Source: Acidimicrobiia bacterium
GTDB lineage: Bacteria; Actinomycetota; Acidimicrobiia; Spongiisociales; ZC4RG35
Direction: 5' to 3'
NCBI GenBank assembly: GCA_046484325.1
Contig: JAWOJB010000039.1
Span: 12,686-76,685 of the forward strand
DNA length: 64,000 nt
Positions 1 through 11,173 of the stretch are shown one piece after another. A program made the translations under genes and the position numbers. Each line of letters opens with the position of its first letter. Within the stretch, counting starts at the first letter, position 1. The notes under the pieces were generated by a model. The model did not search any database, was not told the origin of the DNA, and was given only the letters and a program-made list of their open reading frames with translations.

Positions 1-462
1 CCCCAGGTAGGCGTTGGCGGTGACCGGTGTGACCGGGGCTGCCGCCAGCGGGACCCCGGTATCGAGGTGCCGGAGCTCGTGGCCGGCGGCCTGCCAGTCG
101 GGGAGCCGGGTGAGGACGTCGTCACCCTCGACGAACGCCACCCTCGGTCGCAGTCCCAACCGGGCCGCCAGCTCGTCGAGGCGGGCGGCGAGGCCGCGAG
201 GGTTGAGCCCACCGGCGTTGGCCACCACGCGGATGCCCCGGTCAAGGCAGGTCCCCAGCACCTCCTCCATCTGGGCGAGGAAGGTGGTCGCGTACCCACC
301 CTGCGGGTCGGCCATGCGGGAGCGCCACAAGATGGCCATCGTCAGCTCGGCGAGGTAGTCCCCGGTGAGGACGTCGATGGGACCGCCCTCGACCATCTCC
401 CTCGCCGCCGAACGGCGGTCGCCGTAGAAACCCGAGCCGTTGGCGATACGAAGGGGACCCAT
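1..462 (-). CDS. DUF1446/AtuA-like protein, N-terminal part (gene runs off left edge)
   Basis: Absent from the ORF track because it is open at the window edge. My translation of the minus strand from ATG 462-460 gives MGPLRIANGSGFYGDRRSAAREMVEGGPIDVLTGDYLAELTMAILW..., which I recognise as the N-terminal signature of the AtuA/DUF1446 family. Confidence 0.5.
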   Translation of the reverse strand, partial: MGPLRIANGSGFYGDRRSAAREMVEGGPIDVLTGDYLAELTMAILWRSRMADPQGGYATTFLAQMEEVLGTCLDRGIRVVANAGGLNPRGLAARLDELAARLGLRPRVAFVEGDDVLTRLPDWQAAGHELRHLDTGVPLAAAPVTPVTANAYLG

Positions 463-502
463 GGCCCGAGGATAGGGAGCCGTCACCGTGGCCCCGGCGG
501 GG

Positions 503-1954
503 TCACCCCCTGGCGAGCCAACTCTCCTCCGAGCAAAGCGCTTCGATGTGGTCGGGGTGGGTGGGCACACCCGTCGTCAGGTTGACGTGCCCGTCCTCGG
601 TGACGACGAGGTCGTCCTCGATCCTCACACCGATCCCCAGGAGCTCGGCTGGGACGGCGTGAAGGATCTTCTCAGCGGCGTCACGCGCCTCCTGCTCCGC
701 GACCCTGGCGGCGGCCGTTCCCCGGGTGACGCGGCGCTCGGTCCACTCGTCCAGGTCGTATTCGAGCAGCGCGAGCTCGATCTCGGGGCTATCCGGGGAC
801 ACGTAGAGGCCCGGCTCGACGGTGAAGGCCATCCCCGGCTCGAGCGGCCGCGGCCGTCCCCCAACCCGGCTCGCGCCGGCGTCGTGGACGTCGAGCCCCA
901 GCCAGTGGCCGGTGCCGTGCATGAAGAACTCCCGGTAGTGGTGCATGGCGAGCGACTCGGCCACCCCCAGGGGGAGCAGGCCGAGGTCCACCATGCCCTC
1001 GGTCAGCACCGCGGTGGCGACGTCGTGGATCTCCCGAAGCGAGGAGCCCGGCCGGGCGGCGTGGAGCCCGGCGCGCTGGGCGGCGAGCACGATGTCGTAC
1101 ACCGCCCGCTGGGGGGCGGTGAAGGAGCCGCTCGCCGGGAAGGTCCGGGTGATGTCGGAGGAGTAGCCGTCGATCTCGGCGGCGGCGTCGATGAGGAGGA
1201 GGTCGCCGTCCTCGACGAGGCGGTCGTTCTCCACGTAGTGGAGGATGACGGCGTTGGAGCCCGAGGCCACGATCGAGGGATACCCGTTGCGAGGCGACCC
1301 GCCCTCCCGCCACACGTACTCCATGGCAGCCTGCACCTGGTACTCATACAGGCCGGGACGGGCGAAGCGCATGGCCTCCCGATGCCCCTCGGCGGACAGC
1401 AGGCAGGCGGCGCCGAGGCTCTCGATCTCGGACGCCGACTTCCGCAGCCGCATCTCCGACAGCGGCACCGACACGTCGTGGACCGCCATCGGGGCGGGGC
1501 GGCCGAACCGCTCGCGGTACGACCGGGCCCGCTCCAGCAACCCGGTGATGCGGGCGTCGTGGGCCGGGTTGCCGAGGCGGTAGAAGAGGGTGTCGCGGCC
1601 GAGCATGATCCGGGGCAACACCTCGTCGAGCTCCCCCAGGTCGTAGGCGGTATCGGCGGCATGGCGGGCAATCGCCCCCTCGGTCCCCGCCCGGTACCCG
1701 TTCCAGATCTCCATCTCACGGTCACGGGGGCGTACGAAGAGGTGGAAGTCCCCGTCGGGATGGCCGGGCACGAGTACGCAGACCGCGTCGGGCTCCTCGA
1801 ACCCCGTCAGGTAGAAGAAGTCGGAGTCCTGGCGGAAGGGGTGGGTGACGTCGTGGTTGCGGATCGTCTCGCTGGCGGCGGGAACGACGGCGATGGCTGA
1901 GTCGCCGATCTCGGCGGCGAGGCGCTGGCGGTGTTCGCGAAAGCGGTCGGGCAT
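503..1954 (-). CDS. pepP: Xaa-Pro aminopeptidase (M24B, aminopeptidase P type)
   Basis: ORF 503..2083. Sensible sequence begins at the internal Met (MPDRFREHRQRLAAEI). AMP_N-like FRQDSDFFYLTG and M24 metal-ligand motifs DAAAEIDGYSSDITRTF, HGTGHWLGLDVHD, VEPGLY, RIED. Confidence 0.85.
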   Translation of the reverse strand: MPDRFREHRQRLAAEIGDSAIAVVPAASETIRNHDVTHPFRQDSDFFYLTGFEEPDAVCVLVPGHPDGDFHLFVRPRDREMEIWNGYRAGTEGAIARHAADTAYDLGELDEVLPRIMLGRDTLFYRLGNPAHDARITGLLERARSYRERFGRPAPMAVHDVSVPLSEMRLRKSASEIESLGAACLLSAEGHREAMRFARPGLYEYQVQAAMEYVWREGGSPRNGYPSIVASGSNAVILHYVENDRLVEDGDLLLIDAAAEIDGYSSDITRTFPASGSFTAPQRAVYDIVLAAQRAGLHAARPGSSLREIHDVATAVLTEGMVDLGLLPLGVAESLAMHHYREFFMHGTGHWLGLDVHDAGASRVGGRPRPLEPGMAFTVEPGLYVSPDSPEIELALLEYDLDEWTERRVTRGTAAARVAEQEARDAAEKILHAVPAELLGIGVRIEDDLVVTEDGHVNLTTGVPTHPDHIEALCSEESWLARG

Positions 1955-1998
1955 GGCCACAGTCTCGCAGACTCCCGCGTCCGCATCTGCGGGCGGCG

Positions 1999-2922
1999 CT
2001 ACGACGGCAAGACCAGGTCCACGATGAGCGGGAGATGATCCGAGCCGAGGTCGGCGCCCAACCGGCGATCCACCACCACCCACTCGTCGGAGTGCACCAG
2101 GTGGTCGATCGGCACCCTAAGCAGACGGGGCAGGGAGGTGGGGAAGCTCGGCTGCGGCCCGAACCCCCGCGACGAGTCGCGGAGCCCACCGATCGAGGCG
2201 AGCCGTCCGAAGGCATGGGACCACTGGGTGGCGTTCATGTCGCCGGCGACGATCGCCGGGACCTCCTGGGATACCGCCCACTCGGCGGCAAAGCGGATCT
2301 GGGCGTCGCGGTACAGCGATCGCACCTCGGTGGTGGGCGCCAGCGGATGACTGGACAGGAGGGCTACCGGCCGTCCTTCGAGGAGCAGGCGGACCTCCAC
2401 AGCCCGTGGCTGGTCGCGGGTGAAGCCGAACCCGGTGACCTCCGCCCCGGGCTGGGTGAGGACGAGCGTCCCGAAGATCAGGTCGCCACCGCGCACCGTG
2501 TCGACGATGTAGGGGAGCCCCGCGTCCAGGATGGCCTCCTCCCATGGGCGGCTCACCTCGTGGAGGAAGACGACGTCCGCCTCGGTGGCCCGGAGGAAGT
2601 CGATGACCTCGCCGAAGCGATCGTTGTCCGAGAGCACGTTGTACGAGACGACCCGGAGCGCCGGGGTGCCCTCGGGAGGCGGGGCCGGGCGGCCCAGGAA
2701 CAGCGGGAGGACGAGGGCGGCGTTGAGCGCCGTCGCGACCAGCACCGTCCAGCCCGTGCGGCGCCAGCGGGCGAGGACGAGGAGCAGGCCGAGCACCCCG
2801 AGCAGCAGGGCGAGCTGCACCCTGAGGTTGGCGACGAGGTCGAGCCACCAGACCCATGCCCCGAGGAAGGCCGCCACCGAGAGGGCGGCCAGGAGCAGGG
2901 CGGGGATCGCCACGACGATCAT
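1999..2922 (-). CDS. membrane-anchored endonuclease/exonuclease/phosphatase (EEP) family protein
   Basis: ORF 307 aa. Hydrophobic N-terminal helices, then EEP motifs SYNVLSDN, VVFLHEV, GDMNAT, SDHLPLIVDL. Confidence 0.7.
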   Translation of the reverse strand: MIVVAIPALLLAALSVAAFLGAWVWWLDLVANLRVQLALLLGVLGLLLVLARWRRTGWTVLVATALNAALVLPLFLGRPAPPPEGTPALRVVSYNVLSDNDRFGEVIDFLRATEADVVFLHEVSRPWEEAILDAGLPYIVDTVRGGDLIFGTLVLTQPGAEVTGFGFTRDQPRAVEVRLLLEGRPVALLSSHPLAPTTEVRSLYRDAQIRFAAEWAVSQEVPAIVAGDMNATQWSHAFGRLASIGGLRDSSRGFGPQPSFPTSLPRLLRVPIDHLVHSDEWVVVDRRLGADLGSDHLPLIVDLVLPS

Positions 2923-2958
2923 CGCTCGATCAGGGTAGGGAGCCCGCGGGCGACGCGA

Positions 2959-3582
2959 TCAGTCGAAGTCGGTGGCAAGGGCCGGGTCCCGCAGGTGGTC
3001 GAACATCCGCCTGACGTGGGCCGGGATGATCCGGCCGAGCGACAGGTCGGGGATGTCGCCCTCCCCGAACCATCCGACCTCGGTGGTCTCGACCGAGGTG
3101 GTGGGCTCTCCGCCCAGCAACTCGCACACGAAGAACAGCAGATAGGCGTGCTGCGGCGCCGCCGGGTAGGGATGCCGGAGCTTGTCGAAGACAGCCGCCA
3201 GCTTGATCGCCCTCGCCAGATAACCGGACTCCTCCCGGATCTCGCGCTCAACCGATTTCGACGGCGGCTCGCCCACGTCGATCCACCCCCCGGGGAGGGT
3301 CCACCGTCCGTCGGCTGCCTCGCGGACCATCAGGATCCGCTGGTCGGGGTCGAACACCGCGCCCCGGGCGATGAGCAGCGGGGTGGCGTACCCGCGCAAC
3401 CCGGAGAACACCGAGGCGATCGAGTCGGGGTCTGCCGAGGGGTGGGCGGCCATCTCGGCGGCGATTCGGCGAACCTCCTCGTACCGCTGCCGGTCGAACA
3501 CGCCGTCGGCGAAGGTGAGGCCGCTCTGGGCGATGGCCTGGAGGCGTCGCACCCATCCCAGCCGAGGATCATGCGGTGACAC
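2959..3582 (-). CDS. NUDIX hydrolase with N-terminal Nudix_N-like extension
   Basis: C-terminal part of ORF 2959..4323. Nudix box GGWIDVGEPPSKSVEREIREESG. Start placed at the in-frame GTG (VSPHDPRLGWVRRLQ) just downstream of the preceding gene's stop; the start is uncertain. Confidence 0.75.
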   Translation of the reverse strand: MSPHDPRLGWVRRLQAIAQSGLTFADGVFDRQRYEEVRRIAAEMAAHPSADPDSIASVFSGLRGYATPLLIARGAVFDPDQRILMVREAADGRWTLPGGWIDVGEPPSKSVEREIREESGYLARAIKLAAVFDKLRHPYPAAPQHAYLLFFVCELLGGEPTTSVETTEVGWFGEGDIPDLSLGRIIPAHVRRMFDHLRDPALATDFD

Positions 3583-3608
3583 CGCCCTCCCGTCTCCGCC
3601 GCCGCCGC

Positions 3609-4478
3609 TCAAGGGATGGTGGCCAGCCATCCGGCCACCGCGGCACCGATCGCCGGCCCCGAGTCCTCCTGGACGAAGTGGGAGCCGCCCACCACGACCT
3701 TCTCCTGGTTCGGCCAGCCCAGGCAGACGTCCCGCTGACGGCCGACGAGGATCGACCCGGGGTCGGCGTCGACGAAGAGCTTCGGGATCGGGCTCGTGGC
3801 CATCCAGGCCGAGTAGGCGGCGACGAGCTCGTGGACGTCGGCGGGCTCGCCGTCGATGGGGATCTCGCGGGGCCAGGTGAGCATTGGTCGCCTCCGCTCG
3901 CCTGGATCGAGAAAGGGCCTCCGGTACTCGGCCATCACCTCGTCGGCGAGCGGGTCGAGCACCGAGGCGGGCAGGATCCGCTCCACGAACACGTTCTTGT
4001 CGAGGACCATCTTCTCGCCCGCAAGCGAGCGCATCGCCTGGAAGATCGGGCGGGCGGCCTCCGGCCAGTCCTCCCAACCCAGCGGCGCCACGATCGTCTC
4101 CATGTAGGCGATCGCCCGGACCGCGTCCCGATGGCGGTTCGCCCAGTCGAAGCCCAGGGCCCCTCCCCAGTCGTGGAGGACGAAGGTCACCCGGTCGTCG
4201 ACCCCGAGCCGCTCGAGCAACCCGTCGAGATACCGCCGGTGCTCGACGAATCGATAGGAGCCGGGCCCGGGGTCCGGGAGTGGACCGGAGTCGCCCATCC
4301 CCACCAGATCGGGGGCGATGCACCGGCCTAGTTCTGTCAGTTCCGGGATGACCCGGCGCCAGAGGAATGACGACGTGGGGTTCCCGTGGAGGAAAACGAT
4401 CGGATCACCATCGCCCACCTCGACATAGGCCATGGTCACCCCGTCCACGGCCTGGTGGCGCTTGACGAGCTCGGTCAT
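3609..4478 (-). CDS. haloalkane dehalogenase-type alpha/beta hydrolase
   Basis: ORF 3609..4553. Motifs FLHGNPTSSFLWRRVIP, nucleophile region VLHDWGGALGF, C-terminal GGSHFVQEDSG. Start chosen at MTELVKRHQ, giving 289 aa. Confidence 0.8.
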   Translation of the reverse strand: MTELVKRHQAVDGVTMAYVEVGDGDPIVFLHGNPTSSFLWRRVIPELTELGRCIAPDLVGMGDSGPLPDPGPGSYRFVEHRRYLDGLLERLGVDDRVTFVLHDWGGALGFDWANRHRDAVRAIAYMETIVAPLGWEDWPEAARPIFQAMRSLAGEKMVLDKNVFVERILPASVLDPLADEVMAEYRRPFLDPGERRRPMLTWPREIPIDGEPADVHELVAAYSAWMATSPIPKLFVDADPGSILVGRQRDVCLGWPNQEKVVVGGSHFVQEDSGPAIGAAVAGWLATIP

Positions 4479-4813
4479 TCGGCGCGCCACGGTACCGTGC
4501 CAGATCCTCGGGAACGAGCTCGACCACCGTGGATCTGGAGAAGCGCCCGACACGCGGCCAGGGTCATGGCCGCGGACCTCGACGCCACGCCACAGCGGGC
4601 TGACGGTGCAGCTCTGCGGTGATACCCACGTGGCCAGCTTCGGAGGGTGTTCGCATCACCCGACCTGGGCTCAGGCGATCGCTTCGACCGGGCGATCGCC
4701 GAGTTCGCCGTGCGGTAGGCCGAGCAGAACGAGTCCGACCACCGAGCGCTCACCAAGGCGATCGCCGCCGGCCCGCTTGAGGCGGCCATCGAGGTCTGAC
4801 CCGGAGCGCCCGG

Positions 4814-6175
4814 TCAGGGCCGCTCGGTGAACCAGGTCTCCAGCACCCGGATCTGGTCGGCAAGGCTCGAGAAGCTCCCGCCACCGAGCGTGGCCCGGCG
4901 CTCCACCGAGCTGCGGGGGTCGACCAGTCCCAGATCGACCGGCTCGAAGCGGGGGTCCGCTGCCTCCAGGTCGGCGGCCGTGGCCGTCGCCAGGTCCCGG
5001 CCGGTCGCCACGAGCCGGCCCACCAGCCGGCCCACCGCCTCGTGGGCGTCCCGGAACGGAACCCCCCTCAGGACGAGCGCCTCGGCCAGATCGAGAGCGG
5101 TGGTCCACGACGAGGGGGCGGGCGGATGGAACTCGGCGGAGCCGAGCAGTGCGGTTAATGCCTCGAGCGTTGCGGCCAGGGTGTCGTCGGCTGCGAAGGC
5201 CTGGGCCTTGTCCTCCTGGAGGTCCCGGTTGTAGGCGAGGGGAAGCCCCTTCTGGAGGGCGAGCAGGGCGGTCAGGTTGCCGATCACACCGGCTGCCTTG
5301 CCGCGGGCGAGCTCGGCGATGTCCGGGTTCTTCTTGTGGGGCAGTGCCGACGAGCCGGTGGTGAGGGCATCGGCGAAGGTGACCCATCCGAACTCGGTGC
5401 TCGCCCAGAACACCAGTTCCTCGGAGAGCCGCGACAGGTCGACCATCGTCTGGGCACAGCACCAGACGTACTCGGCCACGAGGTCGCGGGCACCCACCGC
5501 GTCGAGTGAGTTGGCGAACACCACGTCGAGTCCCAGCCGGCGGGCCGATTCGATCGGGTCGAGCGGCAGGCTGGATCCCCCCGAGGCACCGGCGCCGAGC
5601 GGGGACACGCCCAGCCGGGCGGCCACCTGCTGGAATCGCTCCCGGTCCCGCAACGCCATCCAGGCGTAGGCGAGGAGGTGGTGCCCGAGCGGGACCGCTT
5701 GTGCCTGCTGGAGGTGGGTGTAGGAGGGGACCACCACGTCGGCGTTGCGGGCCGCCAGCTCGACCAGGGTCGAGCCGAACCGGGAGAGGTCGGCGGCCCG
5801 GGCTGCGGCCGCGCGACGCAGGTACAGGCGCAGGTCGAGGGCCGCCTGGTCGTTGCGTGAACGACCCGTGTGCAGCTTTCGCCCCGGTTCCCCCACCAGC
5901 CCGACGAGACCACGTTCAACGGCGGTGTGAACGTCCTCGTCGGACTCCACGAACTCGAAGGTGCCGTCGTGGGCGTCGGCGAGGAGCCGCAGCAGACCGG
6001 CGTGGATGGCCTCGTGCTCCTCGTCGGTGAGCAGCCGTACCCGGTGGAGCATGGCGGCGTGGGCGAGTGAGCCTTCGATGTCGTCGACCAGCAGTCGCCG
6101 GTCGGTCCCGTCGACGGTGAACCGCCAGAGCACGTCGGCGGGCTCCTCGTCGAAACGGCCACCCCAGAGGGTCAT
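4814..6175 (-). CDS. argH: argininosuccinate lyase
   Basis: ORF 4814..6205. Start taken at MTLWGGRF. Fumarate-lyase signature GSSALPHKKNPD. Confidence 0.95.
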   Translation of the reverse strand: MTLWGGRFDEEPADVLWRFTVDGTDRRLLVDDIEGSLAHAAMLHRVRLLTDEEHEAIHAGLLRLLADAHDGTFEFVESDEDVHTAVERGLVGLVGEPGRKLHTGRSRNDQAALDLRLYLRRAAAARAADLSRFGSTLVELAARNADVVVPSYTHLQQAQAVPLGHHLLAYAWMALRDRERFQQVAARLGVSPLGAGASGGSSLPLDPIESARRLGLDVVFANSLDAVGARDLVAEYVWCCAQTMVDLSRLSEELVFWASTEFGWVTFADALTTGSSALPHKKNPDIAELARGKAAGVIGNLTALLALQKGLPLAYNRDLQEDKAQAFAADDTLAATLEALTALLGSAEFHPPAPSSWTTALDLAEALVLRGVPFRDAHEAVGRLVGRLVATGRDLATATAADLEAADPRFEPVDLGLVDPRSSVERRATLGGGSFSSLADQIRVLETWFTERP

Positions 6176-6246
6176 GCCGGGCTCCGCCCGAAGTAACCGT
6201 CCCACGCCTCACGTCTCACGCCGGACGGGAGGCGATGTTGCGCAGC

Positions 6247-6274
6247 GTGCGACGTGCGACGTGCGACGTGCGAC
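6247..6274. repeat. perfect tandem heptamer (GTGCGAC)x4 in the argG-argH spacer
   Basis: Read directly: gtgcgac gtgcgac gtgcgac gtgcgac at 6247-6274, between the argG stop (6279) and the argH start (6175). Confidence 0.9.
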
Positions 6275-6278
6275 GGTC

Positions 6279-7477
<1,199 letters not shown>

Positions 7478-7481
<4 letters not shown>

Positions 7482-7930
7482 CGTTCTGCTCCGATCCGCT
7501 CCAGGCGGCGCGCCACGGCCGCGCCGCCGATCTCTTCCGATGCCACGACCAGCAGCGTGTCGTCGCCGGCCACCGTCCCCAAGACCCCCTCGAGCGCCGC
7601 TGCGTCGAGCGTCGCGGCCACGACGTGGGCGGCGCCGGGGGGCGTCCGCACGACCACCAGGTTGCCACTGACCTCGATGGACGCTGCGAACTCCTCGAGA
7701 GCGCGCCCGAGCGCCGGCCCCGCGCCATCCGGGTCCTCGACCGAGCCGAGCACGTACCCGCCGGCTCCGTTCTTGACCGCCCCGATCGCCTGGAGGTCCC
7801 GCGAGACGGTGGACTGGGTGACCACGTGACCCAGCGAGGCGAGCAGGCCGACGACCTCGGCCTGGTTCCGGATCTCCTGCTCGGCGAGCAGGGTCCGTAG
7901 CGCCCGGCGCCTGGCCCCGGTGGTCGTCAT
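7478..7930 (-). CDS. argR: arginine repressor
   Basis: C-terminal 150 aa of ORF 7478..8764: [30 protein letters not shown]...STVSRDL (wHTH) and [12 protein letters not shown] (oligomerisation/arginine-binding domain). 4-nt overlaps on both sides. Confidence 0.9.
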
Positions 7931-9111
7931 CCGCCCACCGTCTGCGCCAAGACGGTGTGGAGGAGGCCGACGGCCTCGTCCACCTCCTCCGCCGAGATGG
8001 TGAGGGGAGGCGCGAAGCGGATGGCGTCGGGCCGCACCGCATTGACCACCAGGCCCGCCCCGAGTGCCGCCATCACCACCTCGCCGGCCCGCGGCTCGGC
8101 GAGCACCGCTGCAAGCAGCAGGCCGCGGCCACGCACTCCCGCCACCCCGGGGAGCCCGGCCAGCCCCGAGCGCAGCTGAGCCGAACGATCCCGGCAGTTT
8201 CCGAGCAGGCCCCGGTCGGCGATCTCGTCGAGGACGGCGAGAGCGGCGGCCGACACCACCGGGCCACCGCCGAAGGTGGTTGCGTGATCTCCCCGGTCGA
8301 ACGCCTCGGCCACCTCCTGGCGGGCGAGGCACGCCCCGATCGGGAGTCCGTTGGCGAGCGCCTTCGCCAGGGTGGCCACATCGGGCTCGATCCCCAGACG
8401 TTGCCAGGAGAACCAGGTCCCGGTCCGGCCCACCCCGGCCTGGACGTCGTCGACCACCAACAGCACGTCCCGCTCGTCGCACAGCGCCCGAACGCCGGCG
8501 AGGTAGCCCTCGTCGAGGGGGACGACGCCACCCTCGCCCAGGATCGTCTCCAGCATCACTGCCGCCGTCCGCTCGGTCACCGCCTGCTCGAGAGCCTCGA
8601 GGTCGCCCGCCGGCACCTGCCGGAAGCCCGGCGGAAGTGGTTGGAACACGGCCTGCTTGCCGGGCTGGCCGGTGGCCGCCAGGGTGGCAAGGGTCCTCCC
8701 GTGGAACGACCCGTCGAGGGACACGACCTCGATGCACTCCGGGCCCCGGCGCCTCCCGCCCCACCGGCGGGCGAGTTTGATGGCCGCCTCGTTGGCGGTG
8801 GCCCCGCAGTTGGCGAAGAACACCCGGTCGAGCCCGGACAGGCCGGTGAGCCGCTCGGCGAGCTCCACCATCGGCTCGGTCGTGAACAGATTCGACACGT
8901 GGGTGAGCGTGGTCATCTGCGCCGCCACCGCCCCCGCCACCCGCGGGTTGGCGTGGCCCACCGACACGACCGCCAGGCCCGTGAGGCAGTCGAGGTAGCG
9001 CCTGCCGCCCTCATCCCACAACCACGACCCGGAGCCGCGGACGAAGGCCACCGGAACCCGGGCGTAGGTCTGCATGACGACCGCCGCCTCGCGGGCGAGC
9101 AGGTCGGTCAC
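7927..9111 (-). CDS. argD: acetylornithine aminotransferase
   Basis: ORF 394 aa, class III aminotransferase ([29 protein letters not shown]). Position inside the arg operon. GTG start overlaps the argB stop. Confidence 0.9.
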   Translation of the reverse strand: MTDLLAREAAVVMQTYARVPVAFVRGSGSWLWDEGGRRYLDCLTGLAVVSVGHANPRVAGAVAAQMTTLTHVSNLFTTEPMVELAERLTGLSGLDRVFFANCGATANEAAIKLARRWGGRRRGPECIEVVSLDGSFHGRTLATLAATGQPGKQAVFQPLPPGFRQVPAGDLEALEQAVTERTAAVMLETILGEGGVVPLDEGYLAGVRALCDERDVLLVVDDVQAGVGRTGTWFSWQRLGIEPDVATLAKALANGLPIGACLARQEVAEAFDRGDHATTFGGGPVVSAAALAVLDEIADRGLLGNCRDRSAQLRSGLAGLPGVAGVRGRGLLLAAVLAEPRAGEVVMAALGAGLVVNAVRPDAIRFAPPLTISAEEVDEAVGLLHTVLAQTVGG

Positions 9112-10001
9112 GTCCGCCCATCGATCATGGTGCCGATCCCCTCGGCGGTGAAGATCTCGAGGAGTAAGGCGTGCTGGACCCTCCCATCGAGTACGTGGGC
9201 GTGGCGGACACCGGACTCGAGAGCGTCGGCGGCCGACTGGAGCTTGGGGAGCATCCCGCCGGTGGTCGCGCCCAGCAGGGACTCGAGATCGTCGACCCCC
9301 ATCCGGGCGATGAGCGACTCGGGGTCGGAGGGGTCTCGATACACGCCCTCGACGTCGGTGAGATAGACGAGCTTCTGGGCCCCGATGGCGGTGGCGATGG
9401 CGGCGGCCGCGGTGTCGGCGTTGGTGTTGTAGACCTCGCCATCGGCGCCGAGCGCCACCGGGGCGATCACGGGTACGAGGCCCTCACCGATGAGGCGCCG
9501 GAGGAAGTCGGCGTTGACCGATTCGATCTCGCCCACGAACCCGAGGCGCGGGTCGAGGGGCCGGGCGGTGAGCAGGTTGCCGTCGATCCCTGACACGCCG
9601 ATCGAGCGGGCGCCGTGGCCGTTGAGGAGGCGGACGATATCTGCGTTCACCTCGCCGATGAGCACCTTCTGCACGACCCGAACGGTGTCGGCATCGGTCA
9701 CCCTGAGCCCGTCCACCCACTCGGGCTCCAGGCCGGCGCGGGCCATCTCGGCCGAGATCTGAGGCCCACCGCCGTGGACGACGACGGGGTGCACGCCCAC
9801 CATCGCCAGCAACGTGACGTCACCGGCGAAGCTGTGCCGGAGCTCGGGATCCTCCATCGCCGAGCCCCCGTACTTGATCACCACCACCCTGCCCCGGAAT
9901 TGGCGGATGAACGGCAGGGCCTCCATGAGGATGCGCGCCTTCCCCATCGAGTTGGCGATGCGGCTCTTGGCCGGGCTGGGCTTGGTGTGGCCGGTTCTCA
10001 C
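9108..10001 (-). CDS. argB: acetylglutamate kinase
   Basis: C-terminal part of ORF 9108..11114. Motifs VVVIKYGGSAM, VVHGGGPQI, NTNADTAA. Start placed at the GTG overlapping the argJ stop (GTGA); alternative ATG at 9947. Confidence 0.9.
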   Translation of the reverse strand: MRTGHTKPSPAKSRIANSMGKARILMEALPFIRQFRGRVVVIKYGGSAMEDPELRHSFAGDVTLLAMVGVHPVVVHGGGPQISAEMARAGLEPEWVDGLRVTDADTVRVVQKVLIGEVNADIVRLLNGHGARSIGVSGIDGNLLTARPLDPRLGFVGEIESVNADFLRRLIGEGLVPVIAPVALGADGEVYNTNADTAAAAIATAIGAQKLVYLTDVEGVYRDPSDPESLIARMGVDDLESLLGATTGGMLPKLQSAADALESGVRHAHVLDGRVQHALLLEIFTAEGIGTMIDGRT

Positions 10002-11173
10002 GATCGTGCTCCGTTGAATCGGACGTAGTCGGGGGTCAGGTCGGTGGTGACGACCGCGGCGGCGCCGGGCCCCTTCCCGACCACCACGTCCACGGTGAAG
10101 TCGCCCGCCAGCAACTCCGAGACGAGGTCCTCGTCGGTCCCGATCCCGACCCCGCCGGCCGCCACCGGAACCCCCTGATAGGCGATGTCGACGGCACCGG
10201 GGTCGAGGTCGACGCCGGCCGTCCCCAGCGCCGCCAGCACCCTGCCCCAGTTGGGGTCGGCCCCGTAGAACGAGGCACGAACGAGGGAGGAGTCGGCGAC
10301 GGCCATGGCCAGGGCACGGGCCTCCCGGTCCCCGGGCGCTCCCCGGACGCTGAGGTCCACCACCTTCGACGCTCCCTCGGCGTCGGTGGCCATGAGCCGG
10401 CTGAGAGCCCGGCACACCTCCGTCACGGCCGCCTCGAACTCGGTGGGGTCGGGCCGGACGCCCGCCGCACCCGACGCCATCAGGAGGACGGTGTCGTTCG
10501 TCGACTGGCAGCCGTCGAGGTTCAGGCAGTTGAACGTCGCGTCGGCGGCCCCCCGGAGGACTGCGTCGAGCTCGCCGGCGTCGACGATCGCATCGGTCGT
10601 CACGAAGGCCAGCATCGTGGCCAGGTCGGGCCGGACCATCCCCGCCCCCTTCGCCATCCCGCCCACCCGCCATCCGCCGGCAGCCTCGTGGTCTGCCAGC
10701 TTGGGCACCGAATCGGTGGTCATGATCCCCCTGGCGGCCAGGAGAGCGTGGTCGGACGTCCGTCCGGCGGCGGCGGCGAGGCCGGGCAGGGCGGCCCGGA
10801 TCCGGTCGACGGGGAGCCGCGGTCCGATCGGGCCGGTCGAGGACACGAGGATCTCGCCCGGCTGCGCCCCCAACGCCTCGGCGGCCGCGGCTGCCACCAT
10901 CTCGGCATCGGCGAGGCCGGCCGACCCGGTGCCGGCGTTGGCGCATCCCGAGTTCACGACCACCGCCCGAAGCCGACCGGCCGCCAGCACCCGGCGACCG
11001 AGCACCACGGGCGGCGCCGCCGTCCTCGACGTCGTGAACATCGCCGCCGTCGGGACCGGGGAGTCGGCGACGATCAGCGAGAGGTCGGGATCCCCCGACG
11101 CCTTGATCCCGCACGCCGTGCCGGCGGTGGCGAATCCGGCCGGGGCGACCACACCCGAGGGCTGCCCCGTCAC
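9998..11173 (-). CDS. argJ: bifunctional glutamate N-acetyltransferase / amino-acid acetyltransferase
   Basis: ORF 9998..11356. Start placed at GTG (VTGQPSGVVAPAGFATAG) overlapping the argC stop. Autoprocessing site region PDLATMLAFVTTDA. Confidence 0.9.
   Translation of the reverse strand: MTGQPSGVVAPAGFATAGTACGIKASGDPDLSLIVADSPVPTAAMFTTSRTAAPPVVLGRRVLAAGRLRAVVVNSGCANAGTGSAGLADAEMVAAAAAEALGAQPGEILVSSTGPIGPRLPVDRIRAALPGLAAAAGRTSDHALLAARGIMTTDSVPKLADHEAAGGWRVGGMAKGAGMVRPDLATMLAFVTTDAIVDAGELDAVLRGAADATFNCLNLDGCQSTNDTVLLMASGAAGVRPDPTEFEAAVTEVCRALSRLMATDAEGASKVVDLSVRGAPGDREARALAMAVADSSLVRASFYGADPNWGRVLAALGTAGVDLDPGAVDIAYQGVPVAAGGVGIGTDEDLVSELLAGDFTVDVVVGKGPGAAAVVTTDLTPDYVRFNGARS

Noticed and set aside
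3583-3630. Upstream ATG (MAGHHPLSGG...) as the NUDIX hydrolase start
   Set aside because: It would overlap the dehalogenase C-terminus by more than 20 nt and add a Gly-rich segment with no family support. The GTG at 3582, after the upstream stop, was preferred, though the start remains uncertain.
6247-6274. Tandem repeat as a possible CRISPR or minisatellite locus
   Set aside because: The units are 7 nt with no spacers, the array is only 28 nt long, and no cas genes are present. It is not a CRISPR array.
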